From positions 21,700,001 through 21,764,000 of the forward strand of contig OZ059897.1 of NCBI GenBank assembly GCA_964057225.1: a DNA stretch of 64,000 bases, read 5' to 3'. Numbering within the stretch: position 1 is the first letter of the stretch; every line of letters begins with the position of its first letter. Below the pieces are notes generated by a model, which saw nothing but the letters and a program-made list of their open reading frames with translations, had not been told where the DNA came from and ran no database searches. Origin of the DNA: Auanema rhodensis (lineage: Eukaryota; Animalia; Nematoda). The translations under genes and the position numbers were made by a program. This document shows positions 52,801 through 64,000 of the stretch, piece by piece.

Positions 52801-53707
52801 GCTTCACGTGGAAGATAAAGAGATGCGGTTTTCAAAATTAGATTCCCCATGTCCATATTAGTCTAAAAACAAATTTTTATTGATATTGGTTCATGGTAAC
52901 CATGACTTTGAAATTTACGTGAACTTCAATTTATGCTAATTAAATGTACACGTGATGTGCACTTGGTATGTAACTCGCTTCACGTGAAAGATAAAGAGAT
53001 GCGGTTTTCAAAATTAGATTCTCCATGTCCATATTAGTCTACAAACAAATTTTTATTGATATTGGTGCATGGTAACCATGACTTTGAAATTTACGTGAAC
53101 TTTAATTTATGCTAATTAAATGTACACGTGATGTGCACTTGGTATGTAACTCGCTTCACGTGAAAGATAAAGAGATGCGGTTTTCAAAATTAGATTCTCC
53201 ATGTCCATATTAGTCTACAAACAAATTTTTATTGATATTGGTGCATGGTAACCATGACTTTGAAATTTACGTGAACTTTAATTTATGCTAATTAAATGTA
53301 CACGTGATGTGCACTTGGTATGTAACTCGCTTCACGTGAAAGATAAAGAAATGCGGTTTTCAAAATTAGATTCCCCATGTCCATATTAGTCTAAAAACAA
53401 ATTTTTATTGATATTGGTTCATGGTAACCATGACTTTGAAATTTACGTGAACTTTAATTTATGCTAATTAAATGTACACGTGATGTGCACTTGGTATGTA
53501 ACTCGCTTCACGTGAAAGATAAAGAGATGCGGTTTTTAAAATTAGATTCCCCATGTCCATATTAGTCTAAAAACAAATTTTTATTGATATTGGTGCATGG
53601 TAACCATGACTTTGAAATTTACGTGAACTTTAATTTATGCTAATTAAATGTACACGTGATGTGCACTTGGTATGTATCTCGCTTCACGTGAAAGATAAAG
53701 AGATGCG
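49836..53707 (+). repeat. Tandem duplication of an 11-monomer (1936-bp) unit
   Basis: Rare markers TTTGTTGAT+GGTTTATGG (M285, M296), CTAACTAA, TTTTTCCTAA+CGTGGAAG (~50821, ~52757) and TTCCACATG recur 1936 bp apart. Confidence 0.9.
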
Positions 53708-56523
53708 GTTTTCAAAATTAGATTCTCCATGTCCATATTAGTCTAAAAACAAATTTTTATTGATATTGGTTCATGGTAACCATGACTTTGAATTTTACGT
53801 GAATTTAAATTTATGCTAATTAAATGTACACGTGATGTGCACTTGGTATGTAACTTGCTTCACGTGAAAGATAAAGAGATGCGGTTTACAAAATTAGATT
53901 CCCCATGTCCATATTAGTCTAAAAACAAATTTTTATTGATATTGGTGCATGGCAACCATGACTTTGAAATTTACTTGAACTTTAATTTATGCTAATTAAA
54001 TGTACACGTGATGTGCACTTGGTATGTAACTCGCTTCACGTGAAAGATAAAGAGATGCGGTTTTCAAAATTAGATTCCCCATGTCCATATTAGTCTAAAA
54101 ACAAATTTTTATTGATATTGGTTCATGGTAACCATGACTTTGAAATTTACGTGAACTTAAATTTATGCTAATTAAATGTACACGTGATGTGCACTTGGTA
54201 TGTAACTCGCTTCACGTGAAAGATAAAGAGATGCGGTTTTCAAAATTAGATTCCCCATGTCCATATTAGTATAAAAACAAATTTTTATTGATATTGGTTC
54301 ATGGTAACCATGACTTTGAAATTTACGTGAACTTTAATTTATGCTAATTAAATGTACACGTGATGTGCACTTGGTATGTAACTCGCTTCACGTGATAGAT
54401 AAAGAGATGCGGTTTTCAAAATTAGATTCCCCATCTCCATATTAGTCTAAAAACAAATTTTTATTGATATTGGTGCATGGTAACCATGACTTTGAAATTC
54501 ACGTGAACTTTAATTTATGCTAATTAAATGTACACGTGATGTGCACTTGGTATGTAACTCGCTTCACGTGAAAGATAAAGAGATGCGGTTTTCAAAATTA
54601 GATTCCCCATGTCCATATTAGTCTAAAAACGAATTTTTATTGATATTGGTTCATGGTAACCATGACTTTGAAATTTACGTGAACTTTAATTTATGCTAAT
54701 TAAATGTACACGTGATGTGCACTTGGTATGTAACTCGCTTCACGTGAAAGATAAAGAGATGCGGTTTTCAAAATTAGATTCTCCATGTCCATATTAGTCT
54801 ACAAACAAATTTTTATTGATATTGGTGCATGGTAACCATGACTTTGAAATTTACGTGAACTTTAATTTATGCTAATTAAATGTACACGTGATGTGCACTT
54901 GGTATGTAACTCGCTTCACGTGAAAGATAAAGAGATGCGGTTTTCAAAATTAGATTCTCCATGTCCATATTAGTCTACAAACAAATTTTTATTGATATTG
55001 GTGCATGGTAACCATGACTTTGAAATTTACGTGAACTTTAATTTATGCTAATTAAATGTACACGTGATGTGCACTTGGTATGTAACTCGCTTCACGTGAA
55101 AGATAAAGAGATGCGGTTTTCAAAATTAGATTCTCCATGTCCATATTAGTCTACAAACAAATTTTTATTGATATTGGTGCATGGTAACCATGACTTTGAA
55201 ATTTACGTGAACTTTAATTTATGCTAATTAAATGTACACGTGATGTGCACTTGGTATGTAACTCGCTTCACGTGAAAGATAAAGAGATGCGGTTTTTAAA
55301 ATTAGATTCCCCATGTCCATATTAGTCTAAAAACAAATTTTTATTGATATTGGTGCATGGTAACCATGACTTTGAAATTTACGTGAACTTTAATTTATGC
55401 TAATTAAATGTACACGTGATGTGCACTTGGTATGTATCTCGCTTCACGTGAAAGATAAAGAGATGCGGTTTTCAAAATTAGATTCTCCATGTCCATATTA
55501 GTCTAAAAACAAATTTTTATTGATATTGGTTCATGGTAACCATGACTTTGAATTTTACGTGAATTTAAATTTATGCTAATTAAATGTACACGTGATGTGC
55601 ACTTGGTATGTAACTTGCTTCACGTGAAAGATAAAGAGATGCGGTTTACAAAATTAGATTCCCCATGTCCATATTAGTCTAAAAACAAATTTTTATTGAT
55701 ATTGGTGCATGGCAACCATGACTTTGAAATTTACTTGAACTTTAATTTATGCTAATTAAATGTACACGTGATGTGCACTTGGTATGTAACTCGCTTCACG
55801 TGAAAGATAAAGAGATGCGGTTTTCAAAATTAGATTCCCCATGTCCATATTAGTCTAAAAACAAATTTTTATTAATATTGGTTCATGGTAACCATGACTT
55901 TGAAATTTACGTGAACTTAAATTTATGCTAATTAAATGTACACGTGATGTGCACTTGGTATGTAACTCGCTTCACGTGAAAGATAAAGAGATGCGGTTTT
56001 CGAAATTAGATTCCCCATGTCCATATTAGTCTAAAAACAAATTTTTATTGATATTGGTTCATGGTAACCATGACTTTGAAATTTACGTGAACTTTAATTT
56101 ATGCTAATTAAATGTACACGTGATGTGCACTTGGTATGTAACTCGCTTCACGTGATAGATAAAGAGATGCGGTTTTCAAAATTAGATTCCCCATCTCCAT
56201 ATTAGTCTAAAAACAAATTTTTATTGATATTGGTGCATGGTAACCATGACTTTGAAATTCACGTGAACTTTAATTTATGCTAATTAAATGTACACGTGAT
56301 GTGCACTTGGTATGTAACTCGCTTCACGTGAAAGATAAAGAGATGCGGTTTTCAAAATTAGATTCCCCATATCCATATTAGTCTAAAAACGAATTTTTAT
56401 TGATATTGGTTCATGGTAACCATGACTTTGAAATTTACGTGAACTTTAATTTATGCTAATTAAATGTACACGTGATGTGCACTTGGTATGTAACTCGCTT
56501 CACGTGAAAGATAAAGAGATGCG
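53532..56523 (+). repeat. Partial tandem duplication with 10-monomer (1760-bp) period
   Basis: GTATCTC (M305, M315), AATTTTACGTGAATTTAAA and CGTGATAG (~54396, ~56156) recur 1760 bp apart. Confidence 0.85.
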
Positions 56524-57227
56524 GTTCTCAAAATTAGATTCCCCATGTCCATATTAGTCTAAAAACAAATTTTTATTGATATTGGTGCATGGTAACCATG
56601 ACTTTGAAATTTACGTGAACTTTAATTTATGCTAATTAAATGTACACGTGATGTTCACTTGGTATGTAACTCGCTTCACGTGAAAGATAAAGAGATGCGG
56701 TTTTCAAAATTAGATTCCCCATGTCCATATTAGTCTAAAAACAAATTTTTATTGATATTGGTGCATGGTATCCATGACTTTGAAATTTACGTGAACTTTA
56801 ATTTATGCTAATTAAATGTACACGTGATGTGCACTTGGTATGTAACTCGCTTCACGTGAAAGATGAAGAGATGCGGTTTTCAAAATTAGATTCTCCATGT
56901 CCATATTAGTCTACAAACAAATTTTTATTGATATTGGTGCATGGTAACCATGACTTTGAAATTTACGTGAACTTTAATTTATGCTAATTAAATGTACACG
57001 TGATGTGCACTTGGTATGTAACTCGCTTCACGTGAAAGATAAAGAGATGAGGTTTTCAAAATTAGATTCCCCATGTCCATATTAGTCTAAAAACAAATTT
57101 TTATTGATATTAGTTCATGGTAACCATGACTTTGAAATTTACGTGAATTTTAATTTATGCTAATTAAATGTACACGTGATGTGCACTTGGTATGTAACTC
57201 GCTTCACGTGAAAGATAAAGAGATGCG

Positions 57228-60200
57228 GTTTTTAAAATTAGATTCCCCATGTCCATATTAGTCTAAAAACAAATTTTTATTGATATTGGTGCATGGCAAC
57301 CATGACTTTGAAATTTACTTGAACTTTAATTTATGCTAATTAAATGTACACGTGATGTGCACTTGGTATGTAACTTGCTTCACGTGAAAGATAAAGAGAT
57401 GCGGTTTACAAAATTAGATTCCCCATGTCCATATTAGTCTAAAAACAAATTTTTATTGATATTGGTTCATGTTAACCATGACTTTGAAATTTACGTGAAC
57501 TTTAATTTATGCTAATTAAATGTACACGTGATGTGCACTTGGTATGTAACTCGCTTTACGTGAAAGATAAAGAGATGCGGTTTTCGAAATTAGATTCCCC
57601 ATGTCCATATTAGTCTAAAAACAAATTTTTATTGATATTGGTGCATGGTAACCATGACTTTGAAATTCACGTGAACTTTAATTTATGCTAATTAAATGTA
57701 CACGTGATGTGCACTTGGTATGTAACTCGCTTCACGTGAAAGATGAAGAGATGCGGTTTTCAAAATTAGATTCCCCATGTCCATATTAGTCTAAAAACAA
57801 ATTTTTATTGATATTGGTTCATGGTAACCATGACTTTGAAATTTACGTGAACTTTAATTTATGCTAATTAAATGTACACGTGATGTGCACTTGGTATGTA
57901 ACTCGCTTCACGTGAAAGATAAAGAGATGCGGTTTTCAAAATTAGATTCCCCATGTATATATTAGTCTAAAAACAAATTTTTATTGATATTGGTGCATGG
58001 TAACCATGACTTTGAAATTTACGTGAACTTTAATTTATGCTAATTAAATGTACACGTGATGTGCACTTGGTATGTAACTCGCTTCACGTGAAAGATAAAG
58101 AGATGCGGTTTTCAAAATTAGATTCCCCATGTCCATATTAGTCTAAAAACAAATTTTTATTGATATTGGTTCATGGTAACCATGACTTTGAAATTTACGT
58201 GAACTTCAATTTATGCTAATTAAATGTACACGTGATGTGCACTTGGTATGTAACTTGCTTCACGTGAAAGATAAAGAGATGCGGTTTTTAAAATTAGATT
58301 CCCCATGTCCATATTAGTCTAAAAACAAATTTTTATTGATATTGGTGCATGGCAACCATGACTTTGAAATTTACTTGAACTTTAATTTATGCTAATTAAA
58401 TGTACACGTGATGTGCACTTGGTATGTAACTCGCTTCACGTGAAAGATGAAGAGATGCGGTTTTCAAAATTAGATTCCCCATGTCCATATTAGTCTAAAA
58501 ACAAATTTTTATTGATATTGGTTCATGTTAACCATGACTTTGAAATTTACGTGAACTTTAATTTATGCTAATTAAATGTACACGTGATGTGCACTTGGTA
58601 TGTAACTCGCTTTACGTGAAAGATAAAGAGATGCGGTTTTCGAAATTAGATTCCCCATGTCCATATTAGTCTAAAAACAAATTTTTATTGATATTGGTTC
58701 ATGGTAACCATGACTTTGAAATTTACGTGAACTTTAATTTATGCTAATTAAATGTACACGTGATGTGCACTTGGTATGTAACTCGCTTCACGTGAAAGAT
58801 AAAGAGATGCGGTTTTCAAAATTAGATTCCCCATGTATATATTAGTCTAAAAACAAATTTTTATTGATATTGGTTCATGGTAACCATGACTTTGAAATTT
58901 ACGTGAACTTTAATTTATGCTAATTAAATGTACACGTGATGTGCACTTGGTATGTAACTCGCTTCACGTGAAAGATGAAGAGATGCGGTTTTCAAAATTA
59001 GATTCCCCATGTCCATATTAGTCTAAAAACAAATTTTTATTGATATTGGTTCATGGTAACCATGACTTTGAAATTTACGTGAACTTTAATTTATGCTAAT
59101 TAAATGTACACGTGATGTGCACTTGGTATGTAACTCGCTTCACGTGAAAGATAAAGAGATGCGGTTTTCAAAATTAGATTCCCCATGTATATATTAGTCT
59201 AAAAACAAATTTTTATTGATATTGGTGCATGGTAACCATGACTTTGAAATTTACGTGAACTTTAATTTATGCTAATTAAATGTACACGTGATGTGCACTT
59301 GGTATGTAACTCGCTTCACGTGAAAGATAAAGAGATGCGGTTTTCAAAATTAGATTCCCCATGTCCATATTAGTCTAAAAACAAATTTTTATTGATATTG
59401 GTTCATGGTAACCATGACTTTGAAATTTACGTGAACTTTAATTTATGCTAATTAAATGTACACGTGATGTGCACTTGGTATGTAACTCGCTTCACGTGAA
59501 AGATAAAGAGATGCGGTTTTCAAAATTAGATTCCCCATGTCCATATTAGTCTAAAAACAAATTTTTATTGATATTGGTTCATGGTAACCATGACTTTGAA
59601 ATTTACGTGAACTTCAATTTATGCTAATTAAATGTACACGTGATGTGCACTTGGTATGTAACTCGCTTTACGTGAAAGATAAAGAGATGCGGTTTTCGAA
59701 ATTAGATTCCCCATGTCCATATTAGTCTAAAAACAAATTTTTATTGATATTGGTGCATGGTAACCATGACTTTGAAATTCACGTGAACTTTAATTTATGC
59801 TAATTAAATGTACACGTGATGTGCACTTGGTATGTAACTCGCTTCACGTGAAAGATGAAGAGATGCGGTTTTCAAAATTAGATTCCCCATGTCCATATTA
59901 GTCTAAAAACAAATTTTTATTGATATTGGTTCATGGTAACCATGACTTTGAAATTTACGTGAACTTTAATTTATGCTAATTAAATGTACACGTGATGTGC
60001 ACTTGGTATGTAACTCGCTTCACGTGAAAGATAAAGAGATGCGGTTTTCAAAATTAGATTCCCCATGTATATATTAGTCTAAAAACAAATTTTTATTGAT
60101 ATTGGTGCATGGTAACCATGACTTTGAAATTTACGTGAACTTTAATTTATGCTAATTAAATGTACACGTGATGTGCACTTGGTATGTAACTCGCTTCACG

Positions 60201-61451
60201 TGAAAGATAAAGAGATGCGGTTTTCAAAATTAGATTCCCCATGTCCATATTAGTCTAAAAACAAATTTTTATTGATATTGGTTCATGGTAACCATGACTT
60301 TGAAATTTACGTGAACTTCAATTTATGCTAATTAAATGTACACGTGATGTGCACTTGGTATGTAACTTGCTTCACGTGAAAGATAAAGAGATGCGGTTTT
60401 TAAAATTAGATTCCCCATGTCCATATTAGTCTAAAAACAAATTTTTATTGATATTGGTGCATGGCAACCATGACTTTGAAATTTACTTGAACTTTAATTT
60501 ATGCTAATTAAATGTACACGTGATGTGCACTTGGTATGTAACTCGCTTCACGTGAAAGATGAAGAGATGCGGTTTTCAAAATTAGATTCCCCATGTCCAT
60601 ATTAGTCTAAAAACAAATTTTTATTGATATTGGTTCATGTTAACCATGACTTTGAAATTTACGTGAACTTTAATTTATGCTAATTAAATGTACACGTGAT
60701 GTGCACTTGGTATGTAACTCGCTTTACGTGAAAGATAAAGAGATGCGGTTTTCGAAATTAGATTCCCCATGTCCATATTAGTCTAAAAACAAATTTTTAT
60801 TGATATTGGTGCATGGTAACCATGACTTTGAAATTCACGTGAACTTTAATTTATGCTAATTAAATGTACACGTGATGTGCACTTGGTATGTAACTCGCTT
60901 CACGTGAAAGATGAAGAGATGCGGTTTTCAAAATTAGATTCCCCATGTCCATATTAGTCTAAAAACAAATTTTTATTGATATTGGTTCATGGTAACCATG
61001 ACTTTGAAATTTACGTGAACTTTAATTTATGCTAATTAAATGTACACGTGATGTGCACTTGGTATGTAACTCGCTTCACGTGAAAGATAAAGAGATGCGG
61101 TTTTCAAAATTAGATTCCCCATGTATATATTAGTCTAAAAACAAATTTTTATTGATATTGGTGCATGGTAACCATGACTTTGAAATTTACGTGAACTTTA
61201 ATTTATGTTAATTAAATGTACACGTGATGTGCACTTGGTATGTAACTCGCTTCACGTGAAAGATAAAGAGATGCGGTTTTCAAAATTAGATTCCCCATGT
61301 CCATATTAGTCTAAAAACAAATTTTTATTGATATTGGTTCATGGTAACCATGACTTTGAAATTTACGTGAACTTCAATTTATGCTAATTAAATGTACACG
61401 TGATGTGCACTTGGTATGTAACTTGCTTCACGTGAAAGATAAAGAGATGCG
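57228..61451 (+). repeat. 6-monomer HOR domain marked by CATGTTAAC, CTTTACGTG, TTTCGAAA, GTATATA and CTTCAAT
   Basis: Units start at 57228, 58284 and 60396 (TTTTTAAAA+GGCAAC+ACTTGA monomer), with rearranged copies between them. Confidence 0.8.
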
Positions 61452-63387
61452 GTTTTCAAAATTAGATTCCCCATGTCCATATTAGTCTAAAAACAAATTT
61501 TTATTAATATTGGTGCATGGTAACCATGACTTTGAAATTTACGTGAACTTTAATTTATGCTAATTAAATGTACACGTGATGTGCACTTGGTATGTAACTC
61601 GCTTCACGTGAAAGATAAAGAGATGCGGTTTTCAAAATTAGATTCCCCATGTCCATATTAGTCTTAAAACAAATTTTTATTGATATTGGTGCATGGTATC
61701 CATGACTTTGAAATTTACGTGAACTTTAATTTATGCTAATTAAATGTACACGTGATGTGCACTTGGTATGTAACTCGCTTCACGTGAAAGATAAAGAGAT
61801 GCGGTTTTCAAAATTAGATTCTCCATGTCCATATTAGTCTACAAACAAATTTTTATTGATATTGGTGCATGGTAACCATGACTTTGAAATTTACGTGAAC
61901 TTTAATTTATGCTAATTAAATGTACACGTGATGTGCACTTGGTATGTAACTCGCTTCACGTGAAAGATAAAGAGATGCGGTTTTCAAAATTAGATTCTCC
62001 ATGTCCATATTAGTCTACAAACAAATTTTTATTGATATTGGTGCATGGTAACCATGACTTTGAAATTTACGTGAACTTTAATTTATGCTAATTAAATGTA
62101 CACGTGATGTGCACTTGGTATGTAACTCGCTTCACGTGAAAGATAAAGAGATGCGGTTTTCAAAATTAGATTCTCCATGTCCATATTAGTCTACAAACAA
62201 ATTTTTATTGATATTGGTGCATGGTAACCATGACTTTGAAATTTACGTGAACTTTAATTTATGCTAATTAAATGTACACGTGATGTGCACTTGGTATGTA
62301 ACTCGCTTCACGTGAGAGATAAAGAAATGCGGTTTTCAAAATTAGATTCCCCATGTCCATATTAGTCTAAAAACAAATTTTTATTGATATTGGTTCATGG
62401 TAACCATGACTTTGAAATTTACGTGAACTTCAATTTATGCTAATTAAATGTACACGTGATGTGCACTTGGTATGTAACTTGCTTCACGTGAAAGATAAAG
62501 AGATGCGGTTTTCAAAATTAGATTCCCCATGTCCATATTAGTCTAAAAACAAATTTTTATTAATATTGGTGCATGGTAACCATGACTTTGAAATTTACGT
62601 GAACTTTAATTTATGCTAATTAAATGTACACGTGATGTGCACTTGGTATGTAACTCGCTTCACGTGAAAGATAAAGAGATGCGGTTTTCAAAATTAGATT
62701 CCCCATGTCCATATTAGTCTTAAAACAAATTTTTATTGATATTGGTGCATGGTATCCATGACTTTGAAATTTACGTGAACTTTAATTTATGCTAATTAAA
62801 TGTACACGTGATGTGCACTTGGTATGTAACTCGCTTCACGTGAAAGATAAAGAGATGCGGTTTTCAAAATTAGATTCTCCATGTCCATATTAGTCTACAA
62901 ACAAATTTTTATTGATATTGGTGCATGGTAACCATGACTTTGAAATTTACGTGAACTTTAATTTATGCTAATTAAATGTACACGTGATGTGCACTTGGTA
63001 TGTAACTCGCTTCACGTGAAAGATAAAGAGATGCGGTTTTCAAAATTAGATTCTCCATGTCTATATTAGTCTACAAACAAATTTTTATTGATATTGGTGC
63101 ATGGTAACCATGACTTTGAAATTTACGTGAACTTTAATTTATGCTAATTAAATGTACACGTGATGTGCACTTGGTATGTAACTCGCTTCACGTGAAAGAT
63201 AAAGAGATGCGGTTTTCAAAATTAGATTCTCCATGTCCATATTAGTCTACAAACAAATTTTTATTGATATTGGTGCATGGTAACCATGACTTTGAAATTT
63301 ACGTGAACTTTAATTTATGCTAATTAAATGTACACGTGATGTGCACTTGGTATGTAACTCGCTTCACGTGAGAGATAAAGAAATGCG
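61276..63387 (+). repeat. Tandem duplication of a 6-monomer (1056-bp) unit
   Basis: M349-354 and M355-360: CTTCAAT / ATTAATATT / TCTTAAAA+GGTATCC / TTCTCC+CTACAAA x3, ending in the private CGTGAGAG+AAGAAATGC combination. Confidence 0.9.
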
Positions 63388-64000
63388 GTTTTCAAAATTA
63401 GATTCCCCATGTCCATATTAGTCTAAAAACAAATTTTTATTGATATTGGTTCATGGTAACCATGACTTTGAAATTTACGTGAACTTTAATTTATGCTAAT
63501 TAAATGTACACGTGATGTGCACTTGGTATGTAACTCGCTTCACGTGAAAGATAAAGAGATGCGGTTTTTAAAATTAGATTCCCCATGTCCATATTAGTCT
63601 AAAAACAAATTTTTATTGATATTGGTGCATGGTAACCATGACTTTGAAATTTACGTGAACTTTAATTTATGCTAATTAAATGTACACGTGATGTGCACTT
63701 GGTATGTATCTCGCTTCACGTGAAAGATAAAGAGATGCGGTTTTCAAAATTAGATTCTCCATGTCCATATTAGTCTAAAAACAAATTTTTATTGATATTG
63801 GTTCATGGTAACCATGACTTTGAATTTTACGTGAACTTAAATTTATGCTAATTAAATGTACACGTGATGTGCACTTGGTATGTAACTTGCTTCACGTGAA
63901 AGATAAAGAGATGCGGTTTACAAAATTAGATTCCCCATGTCCATATTAGTCTAAAAACAAATTTTTATTGATATTGGTGCATGGCAACCATGACTTTGAA

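Larger units (their letters stand above)
1..64000. repeat. Tandem satellite DNA array, 176-bp monomer, ~363.5 head-to-tail copies; probable eukaryotic centromeric/pericentromeric or heterochromatic satellite
   Basis: Line layout recurs every 2640 bp = 15 x 176 (lines 1, 2641, 5281 ... 15841; then 19741, 22381 ... 61981 after a +27 shift). The last monomer starts at 63916, in register. Consensus: GTTTTCAAAATTAGATTCCCCATGTCCATATTAGTCTAAAAACAAATTTTTATTGATATTGGT[G/T]CATGGTAACCATGACTTTGAAATTTACGTGAACTTTAATTTATGCTAATTAAATGTACACGTGATGTGCACTTGGTATGTAACTCGCTTCACGTGAAAGATAAAGAGATGCG. The array runs to both window edges. Confidence 0.99.

Noticed and set aside
1-64000. CRISPR array
   Set aside because: No unique spacers; the whole 176-bp unit repeats, and there are no cas genes or leader.
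1-64000. Repetitive protein-coding ORF
   Set aside because: 176 is not a multiple of 3, so any reading frame cycles through all three phases, and TAA/TAG/TGA are frequent on both strands; no long ORF is possible.
1-64000. Telomeric repeats, inversions or inserted mobile elements
   Set aside because: None seen; orientation is constant and the 176-bp register is fully explained by the two small duplications.
1-64000. SNP pattern as a programmed code or diversity-generating system
   Set aside because: Variant order is adequately explained by nested tandem duplication and in-register recombination, and no associated enzyme gene or template region is present.

Overview
The whole 64,000-bp window is one uninterrupted, head-to-tail satellite DNA array with a 176-bp, AT-rich (~32% GC) monomer: 363 full monomers plus 85 bp of a 364th, all in the same orientation. 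I see no gene, RNA gene, transposon, CRISPR array or unique sequence. Monomers usually differ from consensus by about 0-4 substitutions. The register breaks only once, through two adjacent small duplications (+7 and +20 bp) at ~17.6-17.7 kb. Diagnostic SNP combinations divide the array into domains with local higher-order repeats (HORs of 3, 4, 5, 6, 10, 11 and 14 monomers) and suggest longer-range block duplications (~14.4 kb and ~22 kb). The monomer is near nucleosome-repeat length, rich in dyads, and carries three ACGTGA cores 32-33 bp apart. This fits a eukaryotic (peri)centromeric or heterochromatic satellite, but I cannot identify the species or family, and centromere function is only an inference. 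I found no evidence of a new protein-coding or defence system. Monomer numbering used below: Mn starts at 1+176(n-1) for n<=100, M101 starts at 17608, and Mn starts at 28+176(n-1) for n>=102. Variant positions such as G64T refer to the monomer. All variant calls were made by eye.
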